A DNA stretch of 64,000 nucleotides, taken from Terracidiphilus sp. GTDB taxonomy: Bacteria; Acidobacteriota; Terriglobia; Terriglobales; Acidobacteriaceae. The translations under genes were made by a program, and so were the position numbers. This document shows, in pieces, positions 39,661 to 49,994 of this stretch. The DNA is taken from positions 2,190 to 66,189 of the forward strand of contig JBEKGH010000026.1 of assembly GCA_050012895.1 (NCBI GenBank), written 5' to 3'. The notes beneath the pieces are model-generated. The model made no database searches, had not been told where the DNA came from, and saw only the letters and a program-made list of their open reading frames with translations. Each line of letters starts with the position of its first letter. Positions within the stretch are counted from its first letter, which is position 1.

Positions 39661-41094
39661 TCAGCACACCTGATGGAATCCGAGACCCATCAGCTCCGCC
39701 GTCTTGCGTAGCGTAGCCGCTAGGTGGCCGACCCCCACCGCGCAATGGTGCGCCGGACCCTGGGCGTTCCAGGCCTCGATGAAACCGCGCGCGCCGAGCG
39801 GGAAACGGTAACGGCTGTTGGTGTTGCCGATCTCGAGAGTGGCGCCGGCCACAGACTCGCCCTCGGCGGCGACCAGCTTGAAGCGCGACACGGGATCCTC
39901 GACGACTGAGAGCAGCGTGACCGGCCCGTACTTGACGCTCATCTCCACCGACAATCCGCGGCCGACCTTGCCGTGATAGACCTGAAGCGGACGCACCTTG
40001 GTTTTGCCCTCTGCAATGGCGATGTGGCCGGGGCCGTCGTGGCCCATCAGTACCAGATCGTCGTTGAAGTCGACGGCATAGTACTCGGTAAATGAGCCGC
40101 CGGCTTCGAGCAGGTCCATGATCTTCATGGCGATTGCGTTCTTCACTTCGTACTCGCCGGCCACGGGGATGTGCCGCGCCGTGAGCAGCGACGTGCCCAG
40201 GATGATCGAGCTCATGGTGTCTTCATTGGCGGCATTGCCCGAGCCCTTGTAGTAGTAGGCCATGGCGTCGAGATCGTGGCGTGCGACGAAAGCGTCGAGC
40301 GCGACGGAAGTGCGAGCAGCGCGGCGCAACTCCTCGGCCGGGCAATCGGGCTGCACATCGAATATCGCGCGAAACTCTTCGAGGCGGCGTGCAATGCCGG
40401 ATTCGCTCACCTCGGCCGAAAGCGCGCTCAATTCATCCACTTCAAGCAATTCCGCGTGCACACCGAATGCAATCGACAGCAGTGTCACATCGGTCATAAT
40501 GTCGAGCATGCCGCTGTAGTAGTGGCCCATGAGCCCAAGCCGTGCCTCGGCAAGTGCGGCGCGCACCCGCGCGGCCGCCAGCCACTCCTCGATTTCGCGC
40601 CAGGTCCCGGCGTCGTCGAGAACGCCTGTCACCTGGTGGAAGGGAATCTTCGCTCTCGTGAAGAGGTTGGCGATCTCCGGCACCGGGCACGCGGAGCAGA
40701 AGGCCAGCCACTCGCCGGTCATGGCGGTGCGGTCGTTCAGCTTGTTGAACGCTTCGTAGTCGATGGCAGCTTCAGGCTGAAGATTGAGAACAATCACCGG
40801 CACGCCGGCGCGCTGCACGACGGGGAGAACGGTATTCGAGAGCGCGTAAGTGGTGACGTAGAGGAAGAGCACGTCGATGTCTTCGCGGCGGCATTGATGG
40901 CCGGCCTGACGCGAGCGCGCGGGCGTATCGATGAGGCCGAGATTGACCACGTCCACGCCGGGACGCGTGAGCCGCGACGCCACTTGCGCCACGTAGCCCT
41001 TGAGCCGCTCCCCAAGGCCCGCAAACTGGCTCCAGTAGGCATCGAGTCCGATGCCGCACAGGCCGGCACGAAGTACAGGCTTCTTGCTCATCAT
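39661..41094 (-). CDS. L-arabinose/L-fucose isomerase-family sugar isomerase
   Basis: ~480 aa, length and overall collinearity with AraA-type isomerases. A GH gene is adjacent. Moderate confidence without a search. Confidence 0.5.
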   Translation of the reverse strand: MMSKKPVLRAGLCGIGLDAYWSQFAGLGERLKGYVAQVASRLTRPGVDVVNLGLIDTPARSRQAGHQCRREDIDVLFLYVTTYALSNTVLPVVQRAGVPVIVLNLQPEAAIDYEAFNKLNDRTAMTGEWLAFCSACPVPEIANLFTRAKIPFHQVTGVLDDAGTWREIEEWLAAARVRAALAEARLGLMGHYYSGMLDIMTDVTLLSIAFGVHAELLEVDELSALSAEVSESGIARRLEEFRAIFDVQPDCPAEELRRAARTSVALDAFVARHDLDAMAYYYKGSGNAANEDTMSSIILGTSLLTARHIPVAGEYEVKNAIAMKIMDLLEAGGSFTEYYAVDFNDDLVLMGHDGPGHIAIAEGKTKVRPLQVYHGKVGRGLSVEMSVKYGPVTLLSVVEDPVSRFKLVAAEGESVAGATLEIGNTNSRYRFPLGARGFIEAWNAQGPAHHCAVGVGHLAATLRKTAELMGLGFHQVC

Positions 41095-41117
41095 CCTTCT
41101 TTCCTTTTGAGCGTCGC

Positions 41118-42605
41118 TCACCAACTGACCACAGTTACAGCGAATGGTTCCAGTTTAATGATGCTCCCGGCAAGCGGAACCCCGCGCGCCGGGTTGTCGC
41201 CGGTTTCCGTATCGACCGCAAGTGCAGTGGCCTTCTCCGCGTCGGGCAGCGAAATCGCAATCTCGCGATTTCGTTTGTTTACGAGCAGAAGCTTGCGCCC
41301 GCCGGGGGTAACGAATGCCTGCGCGCCTACATCGCTCGAACGAAGAACCGTTTCCACCAGCTTGTCGCCGGGATGAAATGAATCCTTGATGAGCTTGAGC
41401 ACCCAAAAGCGCGCGTTGGGCTGGTTTGTGGTCCAATCCATCATGCTCACGCTGGGAAATTGCGTGGGATAGCCAACCAACTGCGACTCACCCACAACAT
41501 CGATCTGCAGGCGCGAGAGCTCAATGAAAAGATCGGCATAGAGCGCGCCGGCAAGATTCCAGTAGGCTGCGAGTGGCGGCACGTTGTCGCCGGACTTGTT
41601 GTCCGTGGGCAGAATGACGCCCAACTCATCCAGATCGGTCTTCGTGTTCGGCGAAAGCCGCTTGCGAATGGCCTCGACATAGCGAACAGTGTTCAAAAAT
41701 CCGGCTTCCTGATCGAAGAACGTGTACTGCCAATGGTCCACGGTTTCGCCGTTCGCCGGTGAAGCGTAGAAATGATAAGAAATCATGTCGAGCGGAATCC
41801 CCGGCTTGTGGTTGGCGGGATTTAGGAAATACTCAAAAAACTTCTCGTCGCGTCCCGGTTCCGCCAGCGCCAGGCCGACGAACTTTGTCTCCGGCGACAC
41901 TTTTTGGATCGCGCCGACAATTGCATCGTAACGTTCCGTGTACTGCTCGGGCGTCATCTGGTGCTCGAATTCGACCTCGTTGAGCACCTCCCACCATGCC
42001 AGCTTGTAGTGGTAGCCGGACTCGTGCCGCACGCCGTCTTCGTCGCTGAATTCGCCGTTGACGTACCAACTGATCAGCCGCGCGTAGTAATCTCCGAGTT
42101 CCCGTCCGCTGGGATCGCTTAGCTCGGTACCCTGCGTATAGTTCCAGACGGGTAGGTTCGGGTCTGCCGGATAAGGTACGGGCTTCTCGGTCTTGAAGAG
42201 CCACGCCGGAATGGTGCTGAAATTCATCACTGTCGAGTGGCCGTCGGTCGCGGCCAGAAAATCCTTCGTCATGGGATCGATGAGGCTGAAATCCCACGAT
42301 GTCTTTTGCGATGTCGGCGGCTCGAGCTCGGCAACGGCGAGTTTTGGATAAGGCAACCACGGCACATAGCGCACGTAATCGGCGCCAAGCTCCTTCAGCG
42401 CCTTGTACGCGCCTGCGCTCAGCGGCTGGCCGGGACGCAGCGGCGGATTGACCACCACTTGCAGTGTCGGTGTAGTCCTTGAAACCACCGTCGTTTTGTC
42501 CCAGTGAATGCCCACCTGCAAAGGTTGCTGGGCTTGAAGCGCAGCCGCACCAACTGTGCATACAGAGACCAGGGTCAAAAGGCAAAGACAAGAAAAGGTT
42601 TTCAC
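41118..42605 (-). CDS. secreted clan GH-A glycoside hydrolase (GH39/GH30-like)
   Basis: GTG start gives signal peptide MKTFSCLCLLTLVSVCTVGAAALQA. LAWWEVLNEVE matches the clan GH-A acid/base NEP motif. Confidence 0.6.
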   Translation of the reverse strand: MKTFSCLCLLTLVSVCTVGAAALQAQQPLQVGIHWDKTTVVSRTTPTLQVVVNPPLRPGQPLSAGAYKALKELGADYVRYVPWLPYPKLAVAELEPPTSQKTSWDFSLIDPMTKDFLAATDGHSTVMNFSTIPAWLFKTEKPVPYPADPNLPVWNYTQGTELSDPSGRELGDYYARLISWYVNGEFSDEDGVRHESGYHYKLAWWEVLNEVEFEHQMTPEQYTERYDAIVGAIQKVSPETKFVGLALAEPGRDEKFFEYFLNPANHKPGIPLDMISYHFYASPANGETVDHWQYTFFDQEAGFLNTVRYVEAIRKRLSPNTKTDLDELGVILPTDNKSGDNVPPLAAYWNLAGALYADLFIELSRLQIDVVGESQLVGYPTQFPSVSMMDWTTNQPNARFWVLKLIKDSFHPGDKLVETVLRSSDVGAQAFVTPGGRKLLLVNKRNREIAISLPDAEKATALAVDTETGDNPARGVPLAGSIIKLEPFAVTVVSW

Positions 42606-42708
42606 AAGATCTTCCAGCTTTCTCTTGCAATATTGCTCCGGCGCAATGCATGCCGGTCCGCCAGCCATCTTAGCACTGGAACGGAAAACTGTCCGCCGCA
42701 GCCATGCG

Positions 42709-45576
42709 CTAATCGTCGCCATCTGCGGCGGATTTCTTCGCGCGCACTTTCAACATCGCCGGCACCGGCGCGTTGCCCATCGCATCTTTCCAAAGAATCA
42801 CGTTGAGCTCTTCCGTAGGCGCACGATCCTCGCGGCTGAAGTCCATCTTCATGCTCGCCTTTGCACCCACCGCGTTCTTTGCGTTGGCTGTGTAGATCAG
42901 GCCGTTGTCGCGGTTGATGGTGTCGGCAACGTAGGGTGGTTGATCGCCGGGGCCCGTGAACAACGACGAGATGAGCGGCGAGAAAGCGTCGTTGTTGTTC
43001 ATCGGAGGCAGGCCGAGCAGCGACTCCATGGTGCGGACGACGCTGACCGTGGAATAAAAACGGGAATCGACGAAGGGCGCGCCATCGCGGCCGTGCGGCG
43101 CGTACTTGCTGATGACCAGGGCGATGCTACGGTGCGCGTCCACGTGGTCGGCGCCGTTCTGCGCGTCGTCTTCCAGGATGAAGAACGCAGTATCGTCCCA
43201 ATACGGCGAGTGCGAGATGGCCTCAACGGCGCGGCCGACGGCAAGATCGTTATCCGCGACAGAGGATTTGGGCGTAGGACCACCGGGTCGCGTTCCCGCG
43301 GTGTGATCGTCGGGCAGGCGCATGGTGATAAAGCTGGGCATTGTGTCGTCGCCACGCGCGCGATCGGCAATCCACTGCTTCAGGTGACGCAAAAAAACTT
43401 CCACGCGGACCTGGTCGGGAACGGCCAGGTTGAAGTCCGGCATCTCCGGCGCGAAGTGGCCCACCAACTCCGGCTTGGTAGCCGTGTTGCTCGCGATAAG
43501 CGGAATGGGCCAGGGAAATTTGCTTACGCCGCCGCCCCACTCTGCCGGCAACGGTTCGCCGTGCGCAACGGCCTTGCGCGCGCAACTGGGCCCCGCTAGC
43601 ATGGCGCCCTGCGTGGCATCGGCGACCACTTCCTGTCCGCAAAACTTCGTCGAAATGTACTCGCCGAAGTGGTAATAACTCTTGCCGTGCGCCGCCAGAT
43701 TGCCCCAGAGATAGCCGCTGGCCGGCTCCTCCACGTCGGGAATTTTTTGCAGCAGCGGATAGCCGTTGGCCACCACACCTTCGTAATCGTAGGTGCGTTG
43801 CGAGCTACGGTAGCTGTGCGGCCATGTCTTCTCGAGATAATCCGTACCGATGGCTGCATTCGACCAGACGTGGCCGTCGCCCGAAACTTCGCCGGAATCG
43901 AAGAAGTTGTCGAGCACCCCGAATTCGAGCGCCAGCTTGTGTTGGTTGGGCGTAATGGATGCGCCGTATGTCGCCCACTTCGGATCGCCGTTGCCCACAG
44001 GTTTCCCGTCCTGCGCCAGGTCGCCGAGGATCTGATCGTAGGTGCGATTTTCTTTGATGATGTAAATGATGTGCCGGATGCGATCATTGCCCGGGCTTGC
44101 AGTGCCGCCGGCAAAGACGATCTTCTCCTGCGTGGCCTTCATGCGATTTTCGGCCAGCACAGTCTCGGTCCAGCCGGTAAGGCTATGGTCAATTTCCTGT
44201 TCGTCCAGCGTCGCCAGCGAGCCGTAGAGCAGGTTTCCGATGTAGGCATTGGCCCGGGCGTTGACCGTGGGCGCAGTCTCAACGCGGCGCGGAAGAAAAT
44301 TGTTCGGTCCTGTCCCTTTGCCTTTGGCGGTTGCAAGGTAGAGCGTACCGCCCGCGGGTGAAGAAAGGAAAGCCATCGATATCGGCATCCACTCCGTGGG
44401 GATGAAACCGTCGGGTTCGACCATGCCGTTCTTCGCAACCCTTGGCGTCAGCTTGCTGGTGTCGAACACAGCAACCGAATCGGTGCCCATGTTTGCAACG
44501 TAAAGCCGGCTGCCACCGCCGTTCACGGTGACAGCCACCGGTTCCGCTCCGAAGTAGCTTTGTCCCGGAAGGCGCGTATCGAAGTAACCTTTCACCGAAA
44601 ACTGTCCGCGGCCCACGTTGGCGGCGGCAACGGTGTCGCGATTGGCGAGCGCCACGTAGAGTGTTTTTTCGTCGGGCGAGAATGCGAAGTCGCAAGGATG
44701 GGTTCCGGGCGCGATGGGGCTGGAGGGCTTGAGCAGGACCAGCTTGCGCGTCACCGTGCCGCGCGCGAGATCGAGCTCGACGATTTCCGAACTATTCCAT
44801 AGAGCGACGAAGGCGCGCATTCCGTCTCGCGTTACGGCGACGGCGATGGGATAGGTGGCGGGCACAGCGTCGCTTTCAGAGAGATCGAAGCGCTTTTCGA
44901 CTGCACCGGTCGTTGCGTCAAGAAGCACCGCATCGTCGGAGAGATTTTCGGCAACCAGCAATTTTTCATGGCCGGCCGCGCCAAGCACCGCGATCGCAGC
45001 CGGGTAGGGCACGCCCTGGTCGCTTTCCGATCCGCCCGGCAGACGCGTCTTTCGCCCCGGCGGCAGTTGCGCGACGGGCAGAGGAATCAGGCGCTCGGGC
45101 GCAATCCTGCCCTCCTTGAAGCTGTAGACAAGAATTCCGCTGCCGGTGTCGCCCGGACCTTCGCCTTTGGGGTCGGACATTGATGCCATGCTGGCGTAGA
45201 TGTGGCTGCCATCGCGGCTGAAAGCGAGGCCGGAGTAGAGCGTCTGTTTGTTGCGCGGCGCGGTACGCGGGTCGGGAAAATCGGCGAGCGCACCATTGCG
45301 TGTATCGAGGACCGAGAGGGACTGGTTGTACTGCGACTCGAAGGTTCCATAGCCGGCATTCGCCGTCACCACGTAGCGGCCGTCGGGCGAAATCGCCATG
45401 GAAATCGGTAAACCATTGACGCGCTGCGGCGCGCCCGGCGCCTCGCCGATCAACTGCTTGCTCGATGGCAGGTCAATGATTCGTGCGGCGCTTGGCGCGG
45501 GAGTTTGCGCGGAAAGCAGTGCAGCAAAAAGGCAAAATGAAGCAGCGAACAGTAATACTGAAAACTTCGCACACAT
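42709..45576 (-). CDS. secreted fusion protein: N-terminal YVTN-type beta-propeller + C-terminal phosphoesterase-family (phospholipase C / acid phosphatase AcpA-like) domain
   Basis: Signal peptide MCAKFSVLLFAASFCLFAALLSAQ. Repeated propeller blades (RYVVTANAG..., LYVANMGTDSVAVFD). IRHIIYIIKENRTYDQILGDL is the phosphoesterase PF04185 signature. Confidence 0.65.
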   Translation of the reverse strand: MCAKFSVLLFAASFCLFAALLSAQTPAPSAARIIDLPSSKQLIGEAPGAPQRVNGLPISMAISPDGRYVVTANAGYGTFESQYNQSLSVLDTRNGALADFPDPRTAPRNKQTLYSGLAFSRDGSHIYASMASMSDPKGEGPGDTGSGILVYSFKEGRIAPERLIPLPVAQLPPGRKTRLPGGSESDQGVPYPAAIAVLGAAGHEKLLVAENLSDDAVLLDATTGAVEKRFDLSESDAVPATYPIAVAVTRDGMRAFVALWNSSEIVELDLARGTVTRKLVLLKPSSPIAPGTHPCDFAFSPDEKTLYVALANRDTVAAANVGRGQFSVKGYFDTRLPGQSYFGAEPVAVTVNGGGSRLYVANMGTDSVAVFDTSKLTPRVAKNGMVEPDGFIPTEWMPISMAFLSSPAGGTLYLATAKGKGTGPNNFLPRRVETAPTVNARANAYIGNLLYGSLATLDEQEIDHSLTGWTETVLAENRMKATQEKIVFAGGTASPGNDRIRHIIYIIKENRTYDQILGDLAQDGKPVGNGDPKWATYGASITPNQHKLALEFGVLDNFFDSGEVSGDGHVWSNAAIGTDYLEKTWPHSYRSSQRTYDYEGVVANGYPLLQKIPDVEEPASGYLWGNLAAHGKSYYHFGEYISTKFCGQEVVADATQGAMLAGPSCARKAVAHGEPLPAEWGGGVSKFPWPIPLIASNTATKPELVGHFAPEMPDFNLAVPDQVRVEVFLRHLKQWIADRARGDDTMPSFITMRLPDDHTAGTRPGGPTPKSSVADNDLAVGRAVEAISHSPYWDDTAFFILEDDAQNGADHVDAHRSIALVISKYAPHGRDGAPFVDSRFYSTVSVVRTMESLLGLPPMNNNDAFSPLISSLFTGPGDQPPYVADTINRDNGLIYTANAKNAVGAKASMKMDFSREDRAPTEELNVILWKDAMGNAPVPAMLKVRAKKSAADGDD

Positions 45577-45796
45577 AAAGGGCGGGCCCTCGGATCGATT
45601 CCACAACGTGCCGATGAATCGGCAATAACAAACGGCCGGGGTCGCATGCGGCTCGGGCCCATTTGCATTGTACAGGCGGGGCGAAACACTTACACCCTGG
45701 CGTCTGCTATTCACTTAGTACTACAGTTGGAGTTAAGGATTTCGGAGGGAGCAGGGGCCTTCAGGCCCCTGAAAACAGGTCAAAAGGAAACGGCCT

Positions 45797-46750
45797 TTAG
45801 GCCCGGGCCTCTATCGTCCGGCCAAATACAACTGTCAACCATTTGCGGTACGCGGGCATGCGTCCATGCGTGGCATCGACGTAGAGCTGGCGCAAACTGC
45901 GCGTGACCACGCCAACGGCTCCATCCGCAACGGGATGGTGATCGACACGCGTGACCGGGGCCACGCCCACCGCGGTTCCGGTCAGGAACAGCTCGTCGCA
46001 GACGTACAGCTCGCTGCGGTCGATGGGCCGCTCCACAATCTCCAGGCCAAGCTCGCGCGCGGCCAGCTCCATGATGGAATCGCGCGTGATGCCTTCCAGA
46101 ACGTTCTCCGTCACGGCCGGCGTGATCAGCCGCCCCTTGCGGCGCATGAAGAGATTGCAAGTGGCGCCCTCGGTCACATGGCCACTTTCATTCAACAGAA
46201 TGGCTTCATCGAAGCCCAAACGGCGCGCTTCATCGCTGGCCAGAGCGCTATTGGCGTAGGCGCCGCAAATTTTGGCGCGAGCGGGAATGGCATTGTCGTC
46301 GATGCGCCGCCAGGAACTCACGCCCGCGTGCAGCCCGTTTTCGCTGTGCAGATACTCGCCGAAGGGCAGCGCGACGATAAAGAATGCATCCTGGTCGTCC
46401 ATGGCCACGCCGATGCGCTGGGCGCTTTTGTAAGCCAGGGGACGAATGTAGAGATCGGTGCGGAATGCGTTGCGCTGCGCGAGCTCCACCGTGATGTCGC
46501 ACAACTGATCGGCCGTCAGCGGCACATCGATGCGCAGGATGCCGCCATTCTGCTTCCAGCGCACGAAGTGGTCGCGGGGCCGCATCATGAACAGCTCCTG
46601 CTCCGCCGCATCCCAGTTGGCGCGAATGCCTTCGAAGACACCGGTTCCGTAGTGCAGAGCATGAGTCAGAATTCCGATGTGCGCCTCGCGCATGGGCATG
46701 TACTGCCCTCCGAAATAGACAATCAAGTTGGGATCGGCATCTGCTTTCAT
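45797..46750 (-). CDS. ilvE: branched-chain amino acid aminotransferase
   Basis: Start at MKADADPNLIVYFGGQYMP. GTGVFEGIRAN...TEGATCNLFM...LTGTAVGVAPV (class IV PLP aminotransferase). Confidence 0.8.
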   Translation of the reverse strand: MKADADPNLIVYFGGQYMPMREAHIGILTHALHYGTGVFEGIRANWDAAEQELFMMRPRDHFVRWKQNGGILRIDVPLTADQLCDITVELAQRNAFRTDLYIRPLAYKSAQRIGVAMDDQDAFFIVALPFGEYLHSENGLHAGVSSWRRIDDNAIPARAKICGAYANSALASDEARRLGFDEAILLNESGHVTEGATCNLFMRRKGRLITPAVTENVLEGITRDSIMELAARELGLEIVERPIDRSELYVCDELFLTGTAVGVAPVTRVDHHPVADGAVGVVTRSLRQLYVDATHGRMPAYRKWLTVVFGRTIEARA

Positions 46751-46796
46751 ATCAAACCTCCGCGAGCGCTGTCGTGAAACTAATCCGTAATCTCGT

Positions 46797-46905
46797 TTGT
46801 AGCGCCGGCCTCCCGGCCGGCTGTAGTGTGGGCCTCCGAGCCCACACAAACTTACTGGCGGCGTGGACGCTGCCAGTACAGCCGATCTGGAGATCGGCGC
46901 TACAA
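46797..46905. repeat. REP element cluster (inverted pair)
   Basis: gtagcgccggcctcccggccggc...gggcctccgagccc...ggcggcgtggacgctgcc...gatctggagatcggcgctac. Confidence 0.7.
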
Positions 46906-48369
46906 TTGCTCCTCCGCGAGCGCTGTCTTGAACAGTTCCCTGCCCCGCGCTATAGCGCGCTCGTCCAGTTCCACCCAGCGCGGGTTTTTGATCAGGCGCC
47001 GCAAAGCCGCATCGATGCTGGCCTGCGGCAGCACGCCCGCCATCTCCAGCACTGCGCCGAGCATCACCATGTTGGCCGCCCGTTTATCGCCCATGGCATC
47101 GGCCACGCGCGTGAACGGGAGGGCCAGCACATGCACGCCCGCGCGTTCGCAATCGGACGGGAATTCGTCGCCGTCGTAAATAATCCATCCGCCGGAGCGG
47201 ACGCTGCGATCGAACTTGCGCAGCGAAGGCTCGTTCATGGCAACAAGCACAGTGGGCGCCGTCACCAGCGGCGAATCGATAGTCTGGCGCGAAAGCCGCA
47301 CGTGGCAATTCGAAGTGCCGGAGCGCATCTCGGGCCCGTACGACGGCAGCCATGAAACCTCAAGGCCGGCATCGAGGCCGGCTTCGGCCAGCATTTCGCC
47401 GAGCAGCAACACACCCTGGCCGCCAAAGCCCGCGATGAGCACCTCGAAATCGATCTCCTGGTCCTGATTGGATGCGTTGCCTTCTGGCAGATCTTCTTCG
47501 GCCACGCCGAGAATGCCCGGCAGCTCTGCAAGCTCGGGAGGGGGCGCGGGTGCGGGCGAGGGCTGCGCGGCCAGCCTTTCCTTCGTCCGGTCGCAAAACA
47601 CGCCCAGCGGGAAGGTTTTCTCCATCACATCGCGCACCCAGTGCTGCGATTCCACGGGCGTCATCTTCCAGATGGTCGGGCAGGGCGAGAGCACTTCGAT
47701 GAGCGAAAAACCCAGGCCGCGCACCTGGTTGTCCAGCGCGCGTTTGATGGCGCGCGCCGCCTGCGCAATCTGCTTGTTGTCGCCCAGGCCCACGCGCTCA
47801 ATGTAGGCGGGCGCCTGCAGCGTGGAGAGCAACTCGCTCACGTGCAGCGGATAGCCTTCAGTGGCGGCCGAGCGGCCGTTGGGCGTGGTGGTGGACTTCT
47901 GGCCCAGCAGCGTGGTGGGCGCGGCCTGGCCGCCCGTCATGCTGTAAATCGCGTTGTTGACGAAGATTACCGTGATGTTTTCGCCGCGGTTGGCGGCGTG
48001 CAGAATCTCCGCCGAGCCGATGGCCGAAAGATCGCCGTCGCCCTGATAGCTGATGACGATACTTTCCGGGCGGCTGCGACGGATGGCCGTGGCCACGGCG
48101 GGCGCGCGCCCGTGTGCCGCCTGCACGTTGCCCACGTCGAAGTAGTAATAGGTAAAGACGCCGCAACCCACGGGACCGACCATGATGGTGCGGTCCTGCA
48201 CGCTGAGCTCGTCGATGGCTGCGGCGAGCATCTTGTGAACAATTCCGTGGCCGCAGCCCGGGCAAAAGTGCGTCTGGTGCTGCAGCTCCGCCTTACGCTC
48301 GTAGCGCTCGTAGAACGATTTGGCCTTGCCGCGCGCGACCTCATATTCTGCAACCGCTTGATTAGACAT
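46900..48369 (-). CDS. 2-oxoacid:ferredoxin oxidoreductase beta subunit (TPP-binding) fused to a gamma-subunit domain
   Basis: [13 protein letters not shown]...GDGD...[14 protein letters not shown] (TPP/Cys cluster). A Pro/Ala linker joins a C-terminal gamma-type domain ([19 protein letters not shown]). Confidence 0.75.
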   Translation of the reverse strand: MSNQAVAEYEVARGKAKSFYERYERKAELQHQTHFCPGCGHGIVHKMLAAAIDELSVQDRTIMVGPVGCGVFTYYYFDVGNVQAAHGRAPAVATAIRRSRPESIVISYQGDGDLSAIGSAEILHAANRGENITVIFVNNAIYSMTGGQAAPTTLLGQKSTTTPNGRSAATEGYPLHVSELLSTLQAPAYIERVGLGDNKQIAQAARAIKRALDNQVRGLGFSLIEVLSPCPTIWKMTPVESQHWVRDVMEKTFPLGVFCDRTKERLAAQPSPAPAPPPELAELPGILGVAEEDLPEGNASNQDQEIDFEVLIAGFGGQGVLLLGEMLAEAGLDAGLEVSWLPSYGPEMRSGTSNCHVRLSRQTIDSPLVTAPTVLVAMNEPSLRKFDRSVRSGGWIIYDGDEFPSDCERAGVHVLALPFTRVADAMGDKRAANMVMLGAVLEMAGVLPQASIDAALRRLIKNPRWVELDERAIARGRELFKTALAEEQL

Positions 48370-49495
48370 TGGCCATGCGCTCCTCTTCCTGAGTTTGCCG
48401 CTCCCGAGCCCGATCTGGATTTCGCTCAAGATTCGAATTCAGGCCCTCGCGGCGCGCCAGCTCATGCACAAAGCGGAGCACGTCCTCGTGCGAAGGCACG
48501 TTGCCGCCCATGCGATTCAGAAACTCGACGGGCCGCGAGCCGTTGAGTGCCAGCTTCACGTCTTCCAGCATCTGGCCGTTGCTCATCTCCACCACCACAA
48601 AGAGCCGCGCGTTGAAGGCCAGGCGCTGGAACTGCACCACCGGGAAGGGATAAAGCGTGATGGGCCGCAGCACGCCCACCTTGAGCCCTGCGGCGCGCGC
48701 CTCGGCGGTCACGGCCTTCAGAATGCGGCCCACGATGCCGTAACCCACCAGCACAATCTCCGCATCGCCCGTGCACCATTCTTCCGCGCGTGTCTCGCGC
48801 TGCTCAGCAAGCTTGTACTTGGCCTCGAGCTTTTGAATGTGCTTCTCCAGTTCATCGAAATCGAGTGCCAGTGAAGTGATGAGGTTGCCGCGTGAGTCCG
48901 CGGTTCCGGCCACCGCCCACGGGGGCAGATGCGTCGGCGTGGCAGATTGCGGAAATTCCACCGGCTCCATCATCTGGCCGATGAAACCGTCGGCCATCAG
49001 CACCACCGGATTGCGGTAGCGATCCGCCAAATCGAAGGCCAGCGCGGTCAGGTCTGCCATCTCCTGCACGGAGTGCGGAGCCAGCACGATGGTGCGATAG
49101 TTGCCATGGCCGCCGCCCTTCACCACCTGGTGATAATCGCCTTGCTCGGCGCCGATGTTGCCCAGCCCAGGGCCGGCGCGCGTGATGTCGGCAATGACGC
49201 ATGGCAGCTCCGCGCCGGCCATGTAGCTGATCCCCTCCTGCATCAGGCTGATGCCGGGGCCGCTCGAAGCCGTCATGGCGCGCACACCGGCCGACGCCGC
49301 GCCGTAGAGCATATTGATGGCCGCGACCTCGCTCTCCGCCTGCACGTACACGCCGCCGGTTTTGGGCATAAACTCCGCCGCGGCCTCGGCGATCTCGCTG
49401 GCCGGGGTGATGGGATAGCCGTAGAACGCCCGGCATCCAGCCAAGATGGCGCTCTTGACGATGGCCTCGTTGCCTTTCATCAGTTGCTTTTTCAT
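48362..49495 (-). CDS. 2-oxoacid:ferredoxin oxidoreductase alpha subunit
   Basis: [35 protein letters not shown]...[31 protein letters not shown]. Confidence 0.8.
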   Translation of the reverse strand: MKKQLMKGNEAIVKSAILAGCRAFYGYPITPASEIAEAAAEFMPKTGGVYVQAESEVAAINMLYGAASAGVRAMTASSGPGISLMQEGISYMAGAELPCVIADITRAGPGLGNIGAEQGDYHQVVKGGGHGNYRTIVLAPHSVQEMADLTALAFDLADRYRNPVVLMADGFIGQMMEPVEFPQSATPTHLPPWAVAGTADSRGNLITSLALDFDELEKHIQKLEAKYKLAEQRETRAEEWCTGDAEIVLVGYGIVGRILKAVTAEARAAGLKVGVLRPITLYPFPVVQFQRLAFNARLFVVVEMSNGQMLEDVKLALNGSRPVEFLNRMGGNVPSHEDVLRFVHELARREGLNSNLERNPDRARERQTQEEERMANV

Positions 49496-49878
49496 GCGGC
49501 CGCTCCCTCCAACCCGGATCTGGTTGCCCCATCCTTTTCCGCAGCCTCATCGCGGAAAGGCTGGGAATCGGGTACGGTTGCGGTTGCCCCATCCTTTTCC
49601 GCGGCCTCATCGCGGAAAGGGTGGGAACCCGCAATCACCAAACGCAACACGGTAATGGCCCCCGGCTCCGGGCACGCCATGAAGCAAATGCCGCAAGCCG
49701 TGCAGCCGCTGCCCCTATACAACGCCGTGCGGTAGCCGTAGTGATTCAGCCGCTCGCTGAGCGAGATCACCTTGGGCGGACACGCTTCGATGCACAGGCC
49801 GCAGCCCTTGCACTCTTCTTCGTCGACCTGCAACTGGCCCCGATCCGGTCTCTTGTCCGGCTTGCTCGATTGCTCCAT
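49492..49878 (-). CDS. 2x[4Fe-4S] ferredoxin (delta subunit) with a C-terminal extension encoded by 45-bp hairpin repeats
   Basis: MEQSSKPDK...[15 protein letters not shown]...[17 protein letters not shown]. The ORF then reads through two repeat copies ([15 protein letters not shown] x2) to overlap the korA-like start. Confidence 0.65.
   Translation of the reverse strand: MEQSSKPDKRPDRGQLQVDEEECKGCGLCIEACPPKVISLSERLNHYGYRTALYRGSGCTACGICFMACPEPGAITVLRLVIAGSHPFRDEAAEKDGATATVPDSQPFRDEAAEKDGATRSGLEGAAA
49522..49626. repeat. two tandem copies of a 45-bp hairpin repeat (GTTGCCCCATCCTTTTCCGCRGCCTCATCGCGGAAAGGGTGGGAA)
   Basis: Copies at 49522-49566 and 49582-49626. Stem cccatccttttccgc/gcggaaagggtggg. 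Third copy at 49945-49988. Confidence 0.75.
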
Positions 49879-49944
49879 TCCGTCCGCCTCCTTCACGCAA
49901 CTGCCCCCAGCTCCGCTAACCCCGCTAACTCCGCTGCCTCCTCC

Positions 49945-49988
49945 GTTGCCCCATCCTTTCCGCAGCTTCATCGCGGAAAGGGTGGGAA
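49945..49988. repeat. third copy of the 45-bp hairpin repeat
   Basis: gttgccccatcctttccgcagcttcatcgcggaaagggtgggaa. Adjacent 9-bp GTTAGCGGR-type repeats (reverse) at 49911-49937. Confidence 0.7.
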
Positions 49989-49994
49989 CGCGCA

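Noticed and set aside
49522-49988. Possible CRISPR array (45-bp repeats with ~60-bp period)
   Set aside because: Only two adjacent copies plus one distant copy. The repeats are themselves hairpins embedded in or around a coding region. No cas genes nearby. Better explained as a REP/MITE-like element.
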